From positions 1 through 40,393 of the IMG/VR virus record IMGVR_UViG_3300033406_000372: a stretch of 40,393 nt of DNA. One strand, given 5' to 3'. The DNA comes from a virus (Duplodnaviria > Caudoviricetes). This document shows, one piece after another, positions 15,998-26,188 of the stretch. The position numbers and the translations under genes were made by a program. How positions within the stretch are numbered: position 1 is the stretch's first letter; every line of letters begins with the position of its first letter. The notes beneath the pieces are model-generated. The model was not told the DNA's origin. It saw nothing but the letters and a program-made list of their open reading frames with translations, and did no database searches.

Positions 15998-17592
15998 TGG
16001 GAGTTCTGAGTTTTTACGAAAAACGAAAAGAGGAAAAGGAGCTAAAACGTGTGCAGGCTCTTTTTCGACAGATGGGGCTTCCATACTATGGCAACACTCC
16101 TATTGTAGTATCCGAACCTTACAACGGGGAGAAGTCACCGGGTGAACTTGGAACGATTAAAAATTACATACCTGACTTTCAAGCTTTATCTGCAAGAAGT
16201 TGGCAAGCATACACTGAGAGTGATATAGCACAGTTGGTTATAAACAACTTTCTTCTATGGGTAATTGGAAGCGGGTTGAAATTCAAAGCAGAACCGGAAA
16301 GAATGTTGCTTGCGCAAACAGGGCTGGATTTTGACGATTTTATCAATACAGTAGAGAGCCGCTTCAACTTATACATGGATTGCAAACGTGCGACCAATAC
16401 GCGAACGATAACATTTCACCAACTTGTTTTTGAAGCTAAAAAACAGGCTATTGTCGGTGGAGATTGCCTTGTTGTTTTGGATTATGGACGATCGGAAGAC
16501 AGAAATAAATCTGTTTCTGCTAGATTGATAGACGGATTCTATGTTCAAACACCGATTGCATCTACTAATCCCAATAATGGCAATTTCATAAGTAACGGAG
16601 TCGAGATTAATAAATATGGTGAGCCAGTGGCTTATTGGGTTCTTTTAGATGATATGCAGACACAGAGAGTACCTGCATATACGGATACAGGTACTTTACA
16701 AGCGTTTTTAGTTTTTGGCCTTAGTTATCGGGTCGATTTTTATCGGGGTTTACCTCTGTTGTCGGCAGTATTGGAGACTATAAAGAAATTGGATCGATAC
16801 AAAGAAGCCACTGTCGGATCAGCAGAAGAGAGGGCAAAAATTCCTTATTCCGTTGAACATGCTCAATACTCAACGGGTGAAGATCCATTGAATAAGATTA
16901 AAAACCTTGCCGGTCATGCTGTTGATGCTTCGACGGAACATCTAACAAATGAGCTCTTGAGACAAACCGCAGCAAATTTAAGACTTACAACTGGAAAACA
17001 GGTAATTAATATGCCGATTGGGGCTGTACTTAAAGCTCCGTTTGATGGGAAGATTGAGTTGTCTTTTGGTGAGTTTTTCAGTACAAATTTCGAATTTTTA
17101 TGTGCCACGCTTGGGATTCCGCCGGAGGTGGCTTTGAATAAATACACGAGTTCTTTTAGCTCAAGCCGAGGGGCAAACAAAAACTGGGAGCACAAAGTCC
17201 TGTATGAGCGAGACAAGGTGGAAATTGAAATGTACCAACCATTTTACAACTATTGGTTGGAAATCGAAATTTTGAAGGGTAATGTTAAAGCCTCCGGTTA
17301 TGTGATTGCTAAGAATACAGATGACTTCTTAAGCGTAGAAGCATTTCAAAAGTGCCGCTTCATAGGTTCAAAAATGCCATTTATAGATCCTTTGAAGGAA
17401 GCACAAGCCGTATTGGCAAAGCTAAATGCCAACTTGATAACCTTCGAACAAGCGTGTGAAGAATTGAATAGTGGAGATTGGACTACGATAGTGCGACAAG
17501 TCGCAAACGAAAGAGAGTTAATTGAAAAACTGGGATTGATAGTTTCTGTAGTTCCTCAAACGACACCAAAAGAAGAAAATAACGATGATTGA
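15997..17592 (+). CDS. Portal protein, lambda family
   Basis: VIGSG, GVEINKYGEPVAYW, RGLPLLS, SFSSSRG, FIDPLKE. Confidence 0.92.
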   Translation: MGVLSFYEKRKEEKELKRVQALFRQMGLPYYGNTPIVVSEPYNGEKSPGELGTIKNYIPDFQALSARSWQAYTESDIAQLVINNFLLWVIGSGLKFKAEPERMLLAQTGLDFDDFINTVESRFNLYMDCKRATNTRTITFHQLVFEAKKQAIVGGDCLVVLDYGRSEDRNKSVSARLIDGFYVQTPIASTNPNNGNFISNGVEINKYGEPVAYWVLLDDMQTQRVPAYTDTGTLQAFLVFGLSYRVDFYRGLPLLSAVLETIKKLDRYKEATVGSAEERAKIPYSVEHAQYSTGEDPLNKIKNLAGHAVDASTEHLTNELLRQTAANLRLTTGKQVINMPIGAVLKAPFDGKIELSFGEFFSTNFEFLCATLGIPPEVALNKYTSSFSSSRGANKNWEHKVLYERDKVEIEMYQPFYNYWLEIEILKGNVKASGYVIAKNTDDFLSVEAFQKCRFIGSKMPFIDPLKEAQAVLAKLNANLITFEQACEELNSGDWTTIVRQVANERELIEKLGLIVSVVPQTTPKEENNDD

Positions 17593-18610
17593 AATTCTTA
17601 TTTATTCACTGATTGATAATCAGATAGCAGCTTCTTTCATTCAGAATCTAGGATGGATGGGAGACGATCAGAATTATACTGTTAGACTGTATACACCGGG
17701 CGGAGATCCACAGGCAGCATGGGGAATGTGGGCAAAAATGAATGAATTAAAGGCCAATGGATGCCGATCTATCGCAAAAATAGATGGCATGGCTTGTAGT
17801 ACAGGTGGTTTTCTGTTGTGTGCTTTTGATGAAAGGGAGGCTTTAGAAACTTCTCAGATAATGATTCATAGAGCTACTTACGTCCCTCAAATAGACGAAA
17901 AGGGAAAGCCTATACCAGTTTCTCAGGAAGAACAGGCGCAACTTGATATTATAAATGCCAATTTCAAAGAAAGATTGGCGAAAGTTATTGATAATACGAC
18001 GCTAATTGACTTAAAAGGATATGGAATTGATGATATTTTCGATGAAAATAAGCCTAGAATAAACTGTTTCCTTACTCCGTCAGAAGCCCTACAGATAGGT
18101 TTAATTACCAAAATAGTTCCTATTGATGCCGCAAGTTCTCAGACATTTTCAAAAGCAGTTGCAGCATGTTACGATACAAAGGCCACGGCGGCCAAAGCCG
18201 GAATAAATAAACCTTTTACAAAAATGAAAGCTGAGGAATTGAAAGAGCAAGACCCCGAATGCTACAAAGCCATCGAAGAGGCCGCCGTAAAAGCCTATAA
18301 AAAGGCTAAAGCCAAAGCGGATAAAACGGGCGAAGATGACGAACCTGACGAGGAGGCTAAAGCGAAAAAAGCAAAGGCAGAACTCGACCAGAAAATCAAT
18401 GCTGCTGTTGAAAAGCAATTGGCGGCAATCGGAATCCAAAAAATTGAAGGGCAAACACTGGCACAGACAGCAGAAGCCCAAGCCAAGCTTGCTGCCAAAG
18501 CGGCTGATGAACAAAAAGTGAAGGATGCTAAAGCAGAGGCAAATAAAGCTGCTATGGCAGAGCTTGATAAAGAATTGGAAGCTATTACAACAGGTAAAAA
18601 ATTACAATAA
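17585..18610 (+). CDS. ClpP-like prohead protease with a C-terminal scaffold region
   Basis: TPGGD, IDGMACSTG (Ser), IMIH (His); Ala/Lys/Glu-rich helical tail. Confidence 0.88.
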   Translation: MIEILIYSLIDNQIAASFIQNLGWMGDDQNYTVRLYTPGGDPQAAWGMWAKMNELKANGCRSIAKIDGMACSTGGFLLCAFDEREALETSQIMIHRATYVPQIDEKGKPIPVSQEEQAQLDIINANFKERLAKVIDNTTLIDLKGYGIDDIFDENKPRINCFLTPSEALQIGLITKIVPIDAASSQTFSKAVAACYDTKATAAKAGINKPFTKMKAEELKEQDPECYKAIEEAAVKAYKKAKAKADKTGEDDEPDEEAKAKKAKAELDQKINAAVEKQLAAIGIQKIEGQTLAQTAEAQAKLAAKAADEQKVKDAKAEANKAAMAELDKELEAITTGKKLQ

Positions 18611-19080
18611 TGGCAGAAATTGAAAATGTATTGCAGACAAATTCGCAATCAATTACAAATTACAGTACCGATAAACTATTTATCGGTAACAACCGATTTT
18701 TATCGGGGTCATTGAAAAATACAGGAAGCGCATCCATAACTCTTCCTGTAGGAACTCTTTTAGCTAAAGTTATAGACAATGCGCTTAACACAGCTAATGT
18801 TATCGGCTACTTGTGTGTCTATAACTCATCCAATACGGAAGGTGGCGCAATTCCTGTCGGCATTTTGTCTAAAGAAATTACTATCGCCGCTGGTGAAGTT
18901 GCAACCGGAGTAAGCTATTGTAATCAGGGAGAGTTTGATCTTGACGGTTTGATATTCAACAATGGGACAGACACGTTGGATACAATTGTAAATGGCAAAG
19001 CAATCCGTGAGGCAATTATTGCAGAAACCCAACTGATCGGGGTAAGTGTCGATCAGATGTCAGGTTATGACAATCAATAA
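18610..19080 (+). CDS. Head decoration protein (gpD-like)
   Basis: LPVGTLL...GAIPVGIL; lies between protease and capsid. Confidence 0.75.
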   Translation: MAEIENVLQTNSQSITNYSTDKLFIGNNRFLSGSLKNTGSASITLPVGTLLAKVIDNALNTANVIGYLCVYNSSNTEGGAIPVGILSKEITIAAGEVATGVSYCNQGEFDLDGLIFNNGTDTLDTIVNGKAIREAIIAETQLIGVSVDQMSGYDNQ

Positions 19081-19088
19081 ATAAAGAT

Positions 19089-20165
19089 ATGCCACTGATT
19101 CCTATTCAAGACGCGCGTGCGCGTTACACAAATCAATTTATCGGGGGCTGGAAAGAAACATTTCCGGTAACCAATTTCCTGCGTTCGTTTTTTGAAAATA
19201 AAGTCAGCCCGACAAAAGAGGTATCAATTGAGGTACGTAGAGGCTATAAAAAGATTGCTGTCGATGTAATGCGAGGTCAACAGGCTAATCGTAATAAATC
19301 GGGACATTCTACACTCAAAACTTTTGTACCTCCTTACTATTTCGAAGGCTTCAATAGTACAGACCTGGATCTGTATGATAATCTCTTCGGGAGTTTTGGA
19401 GAAGTTACCGATTCTGCATTAGTGGCAGCCGCAGTGCAAGAAGTTACCGACCAATATCTTGACTTGAAAAACAAAATTGAGCGTTCGTATGAGCTCTTAT
19501 CAGCCCAGGTTTTACAAACTGGTAAGATAACTACAACTGCTGCTGATTCGATTGACTATAAGGCCAAAGCGACTCATATAAAAACACTGTCGACAAAATG
19601 GGATGCAACTACTCCGAAAATATTCAGTTCTCTGAAGGATGCCTTCGACCAGTTACGTACGGATGGGGCTGCGGCTGTGGAATTTGATGTAGTTATGGGC
19701 GCATCCGCAGCTGAATATTTGCTTGATAGCGATGAATACAAAACAAAATTTGGTTTGTATCCCACAGTTACCAGCCAATATAACCTGCCGAGAATTGATG
19801 CCACAAGTGGTGCGGTGTTCCATAATCGCATCGCAATTGGGCCATATATTGTCAACTTGTGGAGTTACAACGAGACGTATACAGCATCAGATGGTACAGA
19901 TACGCCATTTCTTGATCCGAAAAAGGTTATCATCATTGCAAAATCATTCAAAGGATTTTTGTCATTCGGAGCTGTTCCTCGTGTATTGACAGCATCAAAT
20001 CAGAGTGCTGCTCCACAATACAGCCAGGTAATTGATTCAGGGAAATACATCCTGAATAATTATGTAGATCAGGCTACAGCGGTACATTATTTTGACATTA
20101 AAAGTGCAGGATTGCCAGTGCCTCTGTCAATTGACCACTTTAGTTGCTTAACGGTACTTGGGTAA
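19089..20165 (+). CDS. Major capsid protein (lambda gpE family)
   Basis: FLRSFF, FVPPY, IERSYELLSAQVLQTGKI, IKSAGLPVP. Confidence 0.88.
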   Translation: MPLIPIQDARARYTNQFIGGWKETFPVTNFLRSFFENKVSPTKEVSIEVRRGYKKIAVDVMRGQQANRNKSGHSTLKTFVPPYYFEGFNSTDLDLYDNLFGSFGEVTDSALVAAAVQEVTDQYLDLKNKIERSYELLSAQVLQTGKITTTAADSIDYKAKATHIKTLSTKWDATTPKIFSSLKDAFDQLRTDGAAAVEFDVVMGASAAEYLLDSDEYKTKFGLYPTVTSQYNLPRIDATSGAVFHNRIAIGPYIVNLWSYNETYTASDGTDTPFLDPKKVIIIAKSFKGFLSFGAVPRVLTASNQSAAPQYSQVIDSGKYILNNYVDQATAVHYFDIKSAGLPVPLSIDHFSCLTVLG

Positions 20166-20172
20166 AAAGAAT

Positions 20173-20358
20173 ATGGCAACGTATAAAATTGAACATGATG
20201 AAGTAACGGGCATTAATGGTGCCCGTTACTTGAAAGATCAAGAAGTGGATAGTTCTGTTTTTCATGAGACGGCCATTTCTGGTTTGATTCAGTCAGGAGC
20301 CATCACATTAGTCAAACAGAAGAGTGAGGCAAACGAAGAGGTGGTAGATAATGGGTAA
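20173..20358 (+). CDS. Small packaging/FI-position protein
   Basis: Immediately follows the capsid gene; LIQSGAI motif. Confidence 0.5.
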   Translation: MATYKIEHDEVTGINGARYLKDQEVDSSVFHETAISGLIQSGAITLVKQKSEANEEVVDNG

Positions 20359-20722
20359 TATCTTGTCAGCTGCCAGAACAGACGCAATGCGTATTATTTC
20401 TTCGGGTGGTTTCCAGACGGACATAACTATAACTGTAAAATCCGTCACGAACACAATAAAGGGAATGGGTCTAGTGCATCACTTGTCATTTGACACGGAT
20501 GGTGCACCTGTCAATAGCAAGCAGGCACATATAACAGTATCGGAAAAGATTCTAACAGATGCCGGTTTTACCGTCCGAAATTCAAATAATGAAGTGTATT
20601 TAATTAATGCCATTGTGAAGTTTGCAGACTTCTCTGGAGTAGAAAAGAGTTACACTGTGAAAGAAAATTTTGCAGATGACACCTTGGGAGTAATATTCTT
20701 AATGCTTGGAAAATATGCTTAG
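20351..20722 (+). CDS. Head-tail adaptor (FII-like)
   Basis: Position and beta-rich 123-aa size. Confidence 0.55.
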   Translation: MGNILSAARTDAMRIISSGGFQTDITITVKSVTNTIKGMGLVHHLSFDTDGAPVNSKQAHITVSEKILTDAGFTVRNSNNEVYLINAIVKFADFSGVEKSYTVKENFADDTLGVIFLMLGKYA

Positions 20723-21329
20723 CCAAATAGCTGAACGGAATTTTGAATTAATACGCAAAGCAATAGGGCGTGTTCTAACTGCTGAGTTTGCCAATCAATA
20801 TACGTTGAATGAGGCTGCGAGTTCGGGAACAGGAATATCCGTATCGGTCACTATGGAGCAAAGTGCGCCGATTGACAAAGAAGATTTGCCTCAAGTAAAT
20901 ATAGTCTGGGCAGAATCCCAGAAAGAAGATGACCCAACCGCTTTTTCTTCAATTTACGACAATAAGTTTCTGGTAGAGATTTACACAAGTGGTGTTTCTG
21001 GAAGTGATGACAGAGGCGACAAATTAGCTGCCTACAATCTTTCGAGAATAGCCGGAATGATTGATTATATCCTAAAAAATCCAATCTATGCTTATTTGGA
21101 TTTTACCGATAAGACTTTTATTCGTACGCGGCACATCCAACAGATGGTGAGAACTCAACCAAGACAAACAGATTCAGCTGAGAATATCCTTAGCGGAGTT
21201 ATTGAGGTTCATTATATCGCGGAAGAAACGACGGAACTTCAAACCGGTAAGGTAGAGGCATTATTAGACACTGTAGTCAAAATAGCCGAAACTGAAAAGG
21301 GCTACAAATTTCAAATTGTAAATTCTTAA
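20715..21329 (+). CDS. Tail terminator / completion protein
   Basis: Directly upstream of the sheath; EDLPQVNI motif. Confidence 0.55.
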   Translation: MLSQIAERNFELIRKAIGRVLTAEFANQYTLNEAASSGTGISVSVTMEQSAPIDKEDLPQVNIVWAESQKEDDPTAFSSIYDNKFLVEIYTSGVSGSDDRGDKLAAYNLSRIAGMIDYILKNPIYAYLDFTDKTFIRTRHIQQMVRTQPRQTDSAENILSGVIEVHYIAEETTELQTGKVEALLDTVVKIAETEKGYKFQIVNS

Positions 21330-21333
21330 AAAT

Positions 21334-22863
21334 ATGAGTACATCAAATGCAGTTTCCGAAAGCGCGCGTGCGGCTGTCGTAGGCTATAAAATTACTAAGG
21401 GCGATTATAGCAATTCGACTCCAAATTTACCGCAACGAATAGCAATTATTTCGCCCGCTAATACAGATATGCAAACGGGATTATCCCTTGATCCTTTTAC
21501 TGCGGTTACCGCTTCGGCTGTGGCTGCAAAATTAGGTGCTGGTTCTCCGGCATATCTTGCGATGAGAATCTTACGTCCCTTGACCGGGGGTGGCGTATCG
21601 GGAATACCTACCGTCGTATATCCGGTAGTATCCTCTGATATTAATGCGACAGCATCTACCGCAACTATTACCGTATCAGGAACATCTACGGCAAATTGCA
21701 CGCATTATTTCTACATAGGAGGTCGGAATAACATCGACGGGCAGTATTATGCTATTTCTGTATTAAAAGGTAATACGGCTTTAGCAATTGCAGCTAAGAT
21801 CGCCGCAGCTATAGGTTCCGTATATGGATCGCCAGTAAAAGTAACCTTTGATGGTTCTACAGAGCTTGTGACTTTGACGAGTAAATGCAAAGGGCTTGCA
21901 AGTATATTCGGGACGCCTAAAGTTGACGTCAATGGTGTTTCAGCCGGTTTATCCTATGCTTTTACAAGTACGGATGGTACCGGAGCCGATGACGTTGAAA
22001 CGGCATTGGGAAAGTTTGAAAATCAGTGGAATACTCTTGTGATAAATCCATACGGTAGCGATTCCACGGTGCTTGATTTAATGGAAAGTGTGAACGGGAG
22101 GCCTGATCCGGATTCACCTACCGGTAGATATGCCGCGATAGTCTTTAAGCCATTTCTTAGCTTTTTTAGTAAAAGCACCACAGATCCGGTAACAGACGTA
22201 AGTGTATCTACGAGAGCGTCAGACTGTACTAACGTGTATTGCCCTGCTCCGAATTGTTTCCTTACCCCTGTAGAAGTGGCAGCTAATGTTGTCCGCCTGG
22301 TAGCAACAATTGCACAGGATAGTCCCAATTTGGATGTTAATGATAAAGCTTACCCCGATGCTGTTGTCTTAGGTACCGGAATTGGCAATTATCATGGATG
22401 GGACTACCGAGATGAAGCGGTAAAAGCCGGTTTATCTACTGTTGATTATGTTGGGGGAGACCTAATCATAAAGGATTTAGTTACAACCTATAATCCGACA
22501 GATGAAGTTTATCCGCAATTTGCCTATGTCCGTAACCTGATCTTGGATTGGAACATTCGTTATGCATATCGGCTTTTGGAGGCAACGCATGTCGTTAATC
22601 ATACGCTTGTGCCGGATGGTACGGTTGTATCTGCGGAAGAGACTATTTCTCCTTCACAGTGGAAAGGTATTTTACATTCCATGTTTGAAGACTTGGCAAA
22701 GCGCGGACTCATCGCGGATGCAGACTTTTCAAAAGATAGCTTAACAGTATCTATTTCATCGTCAAATCCTGATCGTTTCGAAACTTTTTTCAGGTATAAA
22801 AGAACGGGTATTGCCCGCATTTGTTCAACCACAGCCGAAGCAGGATTCTACTACGGTGATTAA
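21334..22863 (+). CDS. Contractile tail sheath (Mu gpL-like)
   Basis: LPQRIAII, GAGSP, AGLSTV..DLVTTY, NPDRFE; 509 aa. Confidence 0.88.
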   Translation: MSTSNAVSESARAAVVGYKITKGDYSNSTPNLPQRIAIISPANTDMQTGLSLDPFTAVTASAVAAKLGAGSPAYLAMRILRPLTGGGVSGIPTVVYPVVSSDINATASTATITVSGTSTANCTHYFYIGGRNNIDGQYYAISVLKGNTALAIAAKIAAAIGSVYGSPVKVTFDGSTELVTLTSKCKGLASIFGTPKVDVNGVSAGLSYAFTSTDGTGADDVETALGKFENQWNTLVINPYGSDSTVLDLMESVNGRPDPDSPTGRYAAIVFKPFLSFFSKSTTDPVTDVSVSTRASDCTNVYCPAPNCFLTPVEVAANVVRLVATIAQDSPNLDVNDKAYPDAVVLGTGIGNYHGWDYRDEAVKAGLSTVDYVGGDLIIKDLVTTYNPTDEVYPQFAYVRNLILDWNIRYAYRLLEATHVVNHTLVPDGTVVSAEETISPSQWKGILHSMFEDLAKRGLIADADFSKDSLTVSISSSNPDRFETFFRYKRTGIARICSTTAEAGFYYGD

Positions 22864-22874
22864 ATTCTATCAGT

Positions 22875-23282
22875 ATGTTTCAAGGAGCAGATTTTTTACA
22901 AATCGGGATTAAGCACGCGACACTGGGAACACTTACCCTTTATCCCAAATCCGGGGAGAATGGACAGATTGATTACGGAGGTCTCGAAACCGAAAGCGAT
23001 CAAAAGAGCATTACCGGAAGTGGAGAGGCTATTTACAAAACATCAGTTAAAAGATGGGCTGTGGAAACGCCGCCTATCGCATGGAGGAAGTCGAGTACAG
23101 ATACACTTCAAAGTATCAAGAATATGGCAAATAGTTATCTGGAATGTGACTTTACTTTCGAACTAGCTGATGGTACGATTTGGGTTGGTACGGGTAGAAT
23201 TGTTGGTGAACTTAAAGGTGCCACTCTTGACAGCACATTCCCTCTCAAAATTGAGGGAGGTGGAAAACTCGCAATGGTGTAG
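22875..23282 (+). CDS. Tail tube protein
   Basis: Follows the sheath; TFELADGTIWVGTG. Confidence 0.8.
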   Translation: MFQGADFLQIGIKHATLGTLTLYPKSGENGQIDYGGLETESDQKSITGSGEAIYKTSVKRWAVETPPIAWRKSSTDTLQSIKNMANSYLECDFTFELADGTIWVGTGRIVGELKGATLDSTFPLKIEGGGKLAMV

Positions 23283-23352
23283 ACCTTTCTTGTTTTGTTT
23301 GTTTCATAATTCAGAATCTAAGGGGTGAAATTCCCCTTAATCATTTAACTAC

Positions 23353-23811
23353 ATGGAAAAAATGAAAGAACTTATTTCACTCGAAGCCGCTGCAAATGAA
23401 TGGCGGGATTTTTTAGAGGATAACGACGCTGAAAGCCTTATCCCTAAAGAAAAAGGTACTACAAAAGATGAAATAGCTGATTATGAGCGTAAAAAATCAT
23501 CTTTTGATAGAGTCGTAAAAGCGATCAGTCGGGGATTTGTCATAATTGATAAGGGCGTGGTTACCCAAAGGCTAAAGTACCCAATCGGTGCAGAAGCAGT
23601 TACAGATAAGCTTGTTTTCGATCAACGGATCTTAGCCAAAGATCGAGAGGAAGTTATGTCTGGTATTAATGCTGATGATCCTTCGCAAGCTTTACTAGCC
23701 CAACGGCGTTTGTGCGCTAAACTTACCGGCGTTAACGATGCTATACTTGGAAAACTTGATTTTTCAGACGTAAAAATTACGGATAGCATAGTATCTGTTT
23801 TTTTCATGTAG
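23353..23811 (+). CDS. Tail assembly chaperone (G/E-type)
   Basis: Between tube and tape measure; ends VFFM on a T7 slippery run. Confidence 0.8.
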   Translation: MEKMKELISLEAAANEWRDFLEDNDAESLIPKEKGTTKDEIADYERKKSSFDRVVKAISRGFVIIDKGVVTQRLKYPIGAEAVTDKLVFDQRILAKDREEVMSGINADDPSQALLAQRRLCAKLTGVNDAILGKLDFSDVKITDSIVSVFFM

Positions 23812-23972
23812 TGGTGGGGCGATGTTTTGACGTCGCCGTAAAATCGGTCGTCCGAACATATCGCTTCCCACCTTCCGAAATCGCAAATCTTTACTTGGAT
23901 GATAAAGATTTTCTAGGGTTATACTACTGGTATAATGACGCAAAAGACTATTCATCAGAAATAAACGCATAA
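23799..23972 (+). CDS. -1 frameshift extension of the tail chaperone (GT / E+E' type)
   Basis: T TTT TTC at 23799-23805; -1 frame open to TAA 23970-23972 (FHVVVGRCFDVAVKSVVRTYRFPPSEIANLYLDDKDFLGLYYWYNDAK...), 3 nt before the TMP start. Confidence 0.8.
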   Translation, partial: FFHVVVGRCFDVAVKSVVRTYRFPPSEIANLYLDDKDFLGLYYWYNDAKDYSSEINA

Positions 23973-23975
23973 CTA

Positions 23976-25745
23976 ATGTTTTCAGCCTCGATAAAATTCA
24001 CAGGGATAGACGCAATCACAGGTCCAGTCAAACGGATGCAGGCTCAAGTAGATTCGTTCGCTGCATCTGCCAACACTGGATTTATGAAAGTCGGAAATAT
24101 AACATCTAATTTGGGTAATAAAGTGGATTCTTTGGCCGGCAAGATGATAAATTTCAAAACCGTGCTAATGGGTGGAGCGGTTTACGAGGCATCGAGAAAG
24201 CTATTTGGAATGGCAACGGCATCTGCCGAAGCAAACTATCAGCAACTCATGTTCGCCAGAAGAGTCGGAATGAGTATCCAATCAGTAAAAGAGATGTCCT
24301 ATGCACTCAAGGGACAAGGTATTTCTATGGATGAAGGCATGAAGTGGATGGAGAGATTTTCTACAAAAATGGGTCAACTAAAGCTAAATTCAGGTAGTTT
24401 GTATCAATTCTTAGCTAAAAATGATCGAAATCTGCTTTCAAGATTAAAAGCCTCCAAATCAGTCGATCAATCTTTTGGATTAATAGCAGATTCAGTTAAA
24501 AGAATACAGAGTCCTATGCTACGTGCCGCTTTTGTTACGGAAGCTTTCGGTCAAAAAGCAAGAACGATCACGGGTTTATTAATGCAAGGATCATCTGGTA
24601 TAGCTAAAGCACGAGAAGAGTATCGAAAATTGATGGGTACTACCACGTTGAGCGCAGAGGCAATTCAAAAATTTAGGAAATCTCAAATGCAACTCAACAC
24701 CGCATTTTCGAGTGTTAAGATGGCGATAGGAATGTCAGTGATTCCGGCAATAACTTCGGTTATGGATAAGGCTCGTGATTGGTTTCAAATCAACGGAGCA
24801 CTTCTTAAAAGTGAGATTGTAGGTTGGGTGAAACTATTTGCCAACGCAATACTTCTTTTAGTGCGAAATTTGAATATTATTATACCGTCGGTACTGGCGT
24901 TTGTTGGTGTTTTAACTCTTTTGAAAGTCGTATCGGTAGCTGCAAAGGTAGCTACTTTGGCAATGGCAGCAGCGCAATATGTTACAGCAGCGGCGATGGC
25001 GGTTGCGTACATAGCAACAGGAACTATCACAGAAGGACTTTTAGCCAATTCAACGGCTCTCGGAATTGTGACAGCCTGGGAATGGCTTGCTACGGCTGCT
25101 ACAACTGCATTTTCAGCAGCTTTATGGTCAACCGGTATTCCTGAAATTGTTATAGGTGTCATCGCCTTAGGTGTTGGAATATACATGCTGATTAAGCATT
25201 GGAAGGAAATAACCAACTGGATTGTAAACTCAAATAACGCTTTTGCTGTTCTGCTACGAGTGGCTATTTATCCGTTTATTGAGGCTTTTAATGGTGTGAA
25301 GGTGGCAATAAGTTGGGTTATTGAGAAAATATCGCAACTATGGGGATGGCTAAAAGACACTGGTACTTTTAAAGTATTTGCAAAGGCTTTTTCTGCAGCA
25401 TTTGGTGTCGTTAAAAGTGTGATTAGTTGGATATGGGACAAAATCACTTCAATTTTTGGATTTATTTCGAAAATCATAAAGGTAGTAGGGTCTCCGGCTT
25501 TGGGGGCAATAAAAGGAATATCCGACAGTGTCAAGGTCGATCTTAAAAAGGAAGGCATAGGAGCAATCGAAGCAAGGCCTGTCAATAAGGACGTATCAAT
25601 TTTAACTCAAAAACAGATACGAGAAACAAGTAGTACGCAGAGTGTGCAGATCAATATTGATGATGCTACGGGACGGGCAAGAATAGGCGGTCAAACGAGC
25701 CCTATCCCGGTATTAGTACGGAATACGAAACAACTCTGGCAATAA
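23976..25745 (+). CDS. Tape measure protein
   Basis: IDAITGPVKRM start, Ala-rich helical body, hydrophobic segments, Trp-spaced repeats. Confidence 0.9.
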   Translation: MFSASIKFTGIDAITGPVKRMQAQVDSFAASANTGFMKVGNITSNLGNKVDSLAGKMINFKTVLMGGAVYEASRKLFGMATASAEANYQQLMFARRVGMSIQSVKEMSYALKGQGISMDEGMKWMERFSTKMGQLKLNSGSLYQFLAKNDRNLLSRLKASKSVDQSFGLIADSVKRIQSPMLRAAFVTEAFGQKARTITGLLMQGSSGIAKAREEYRKLMGTTTLSAEAIQKFRKSQMQLNTAFSSVKMAIGMSVIPAITSVMDKARDWFQINGALLKSEIVGWVKLFANAILLLVRNLNIIIPSVLAFVGVLTLLKVVSVAAKVATLAMAAAQYVTAAAMAVAYIATGTITEGLLANSTALGIVTAWEWLATAATTAFSAALWSTGIPEIVIGVIALGVGIYMLIKHWKEITNWIVNSNNAFAVLLRVAIYPFIEAFNGVKVAISWVIEKISQLWGWLKDTGTFKVFAKAFSAAFGVVKSVISWIWDKITSIFGFISKIIKVVGSPALGAIKGISDSVKVDLKKEGIGAIEARPVNKDVSILTQKQIRETSSTQSVQINIDDATGRARIGGQTSPIPVLVRNTKQLWQ

Positions 25746-26188
25746 TGGACTTAAAGATCAAAGAAAATAATAATGGAGGTGATCTTTATTTCGAAAATGG
25801 AGACGTACTTATCACCTCTGAAGTTTATAATCAACCCTACTTAGCTCATTTTGGAGGAAATAAAGAGGCCGTAACAGCTGACTATGTAGAAGGTGAAGAA
25901 AGGGAAGATTATTGGGCTAACGAACTTTTTTTGCCTGAAAAGGAACGTTTCGATTCATATTTTGAAAAAATGCTGCATGAAACGGAATTGTCAAGCTCAG
26001 GACGAATAAAATTAGAGCAAGCAGCAACGGATGATTTAGAGTATTTGGATGATTTTGCAGAAAGGGAATCATCTGTAACCATTCCGACTGTTGACAGTGT
26101 AAAATTGTCCGATTCCTTCCAAGAAGGCCAAAATAGAGCCTTTCAGTATGTTTGGCAAGAAGCTAAGGACGAAATTTTAGTAGAATGA
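25745..26188 (+). CDS. Baseplate protein (Mu gp46-like)
   Basis: GDL...EREDYWAN...LEQAATDDLEYL; precedes baseplate J. Confidence 0.65.
   Translation: MDLKIKENNNGGDLYFENGDVLITSEVYNQPYLAHFGGNKEAVTADYVEGEEREDYWANELFLPEKERFDSYFEKMLHETELSSSGRIKLEQAATDDLEYLDDFAERESSVTIPTVDSVKLSDSFQEGQNRAFQYVWQEAKDEILVE

Noticed and set aside
23319-23339. GGGGTGAAATTCCCC resembling the FMN riboswitch P2 T-loop
   Set aside because: Only one hairpin is present; the other FMN aptamer elements and a riboflavin gene context are missing
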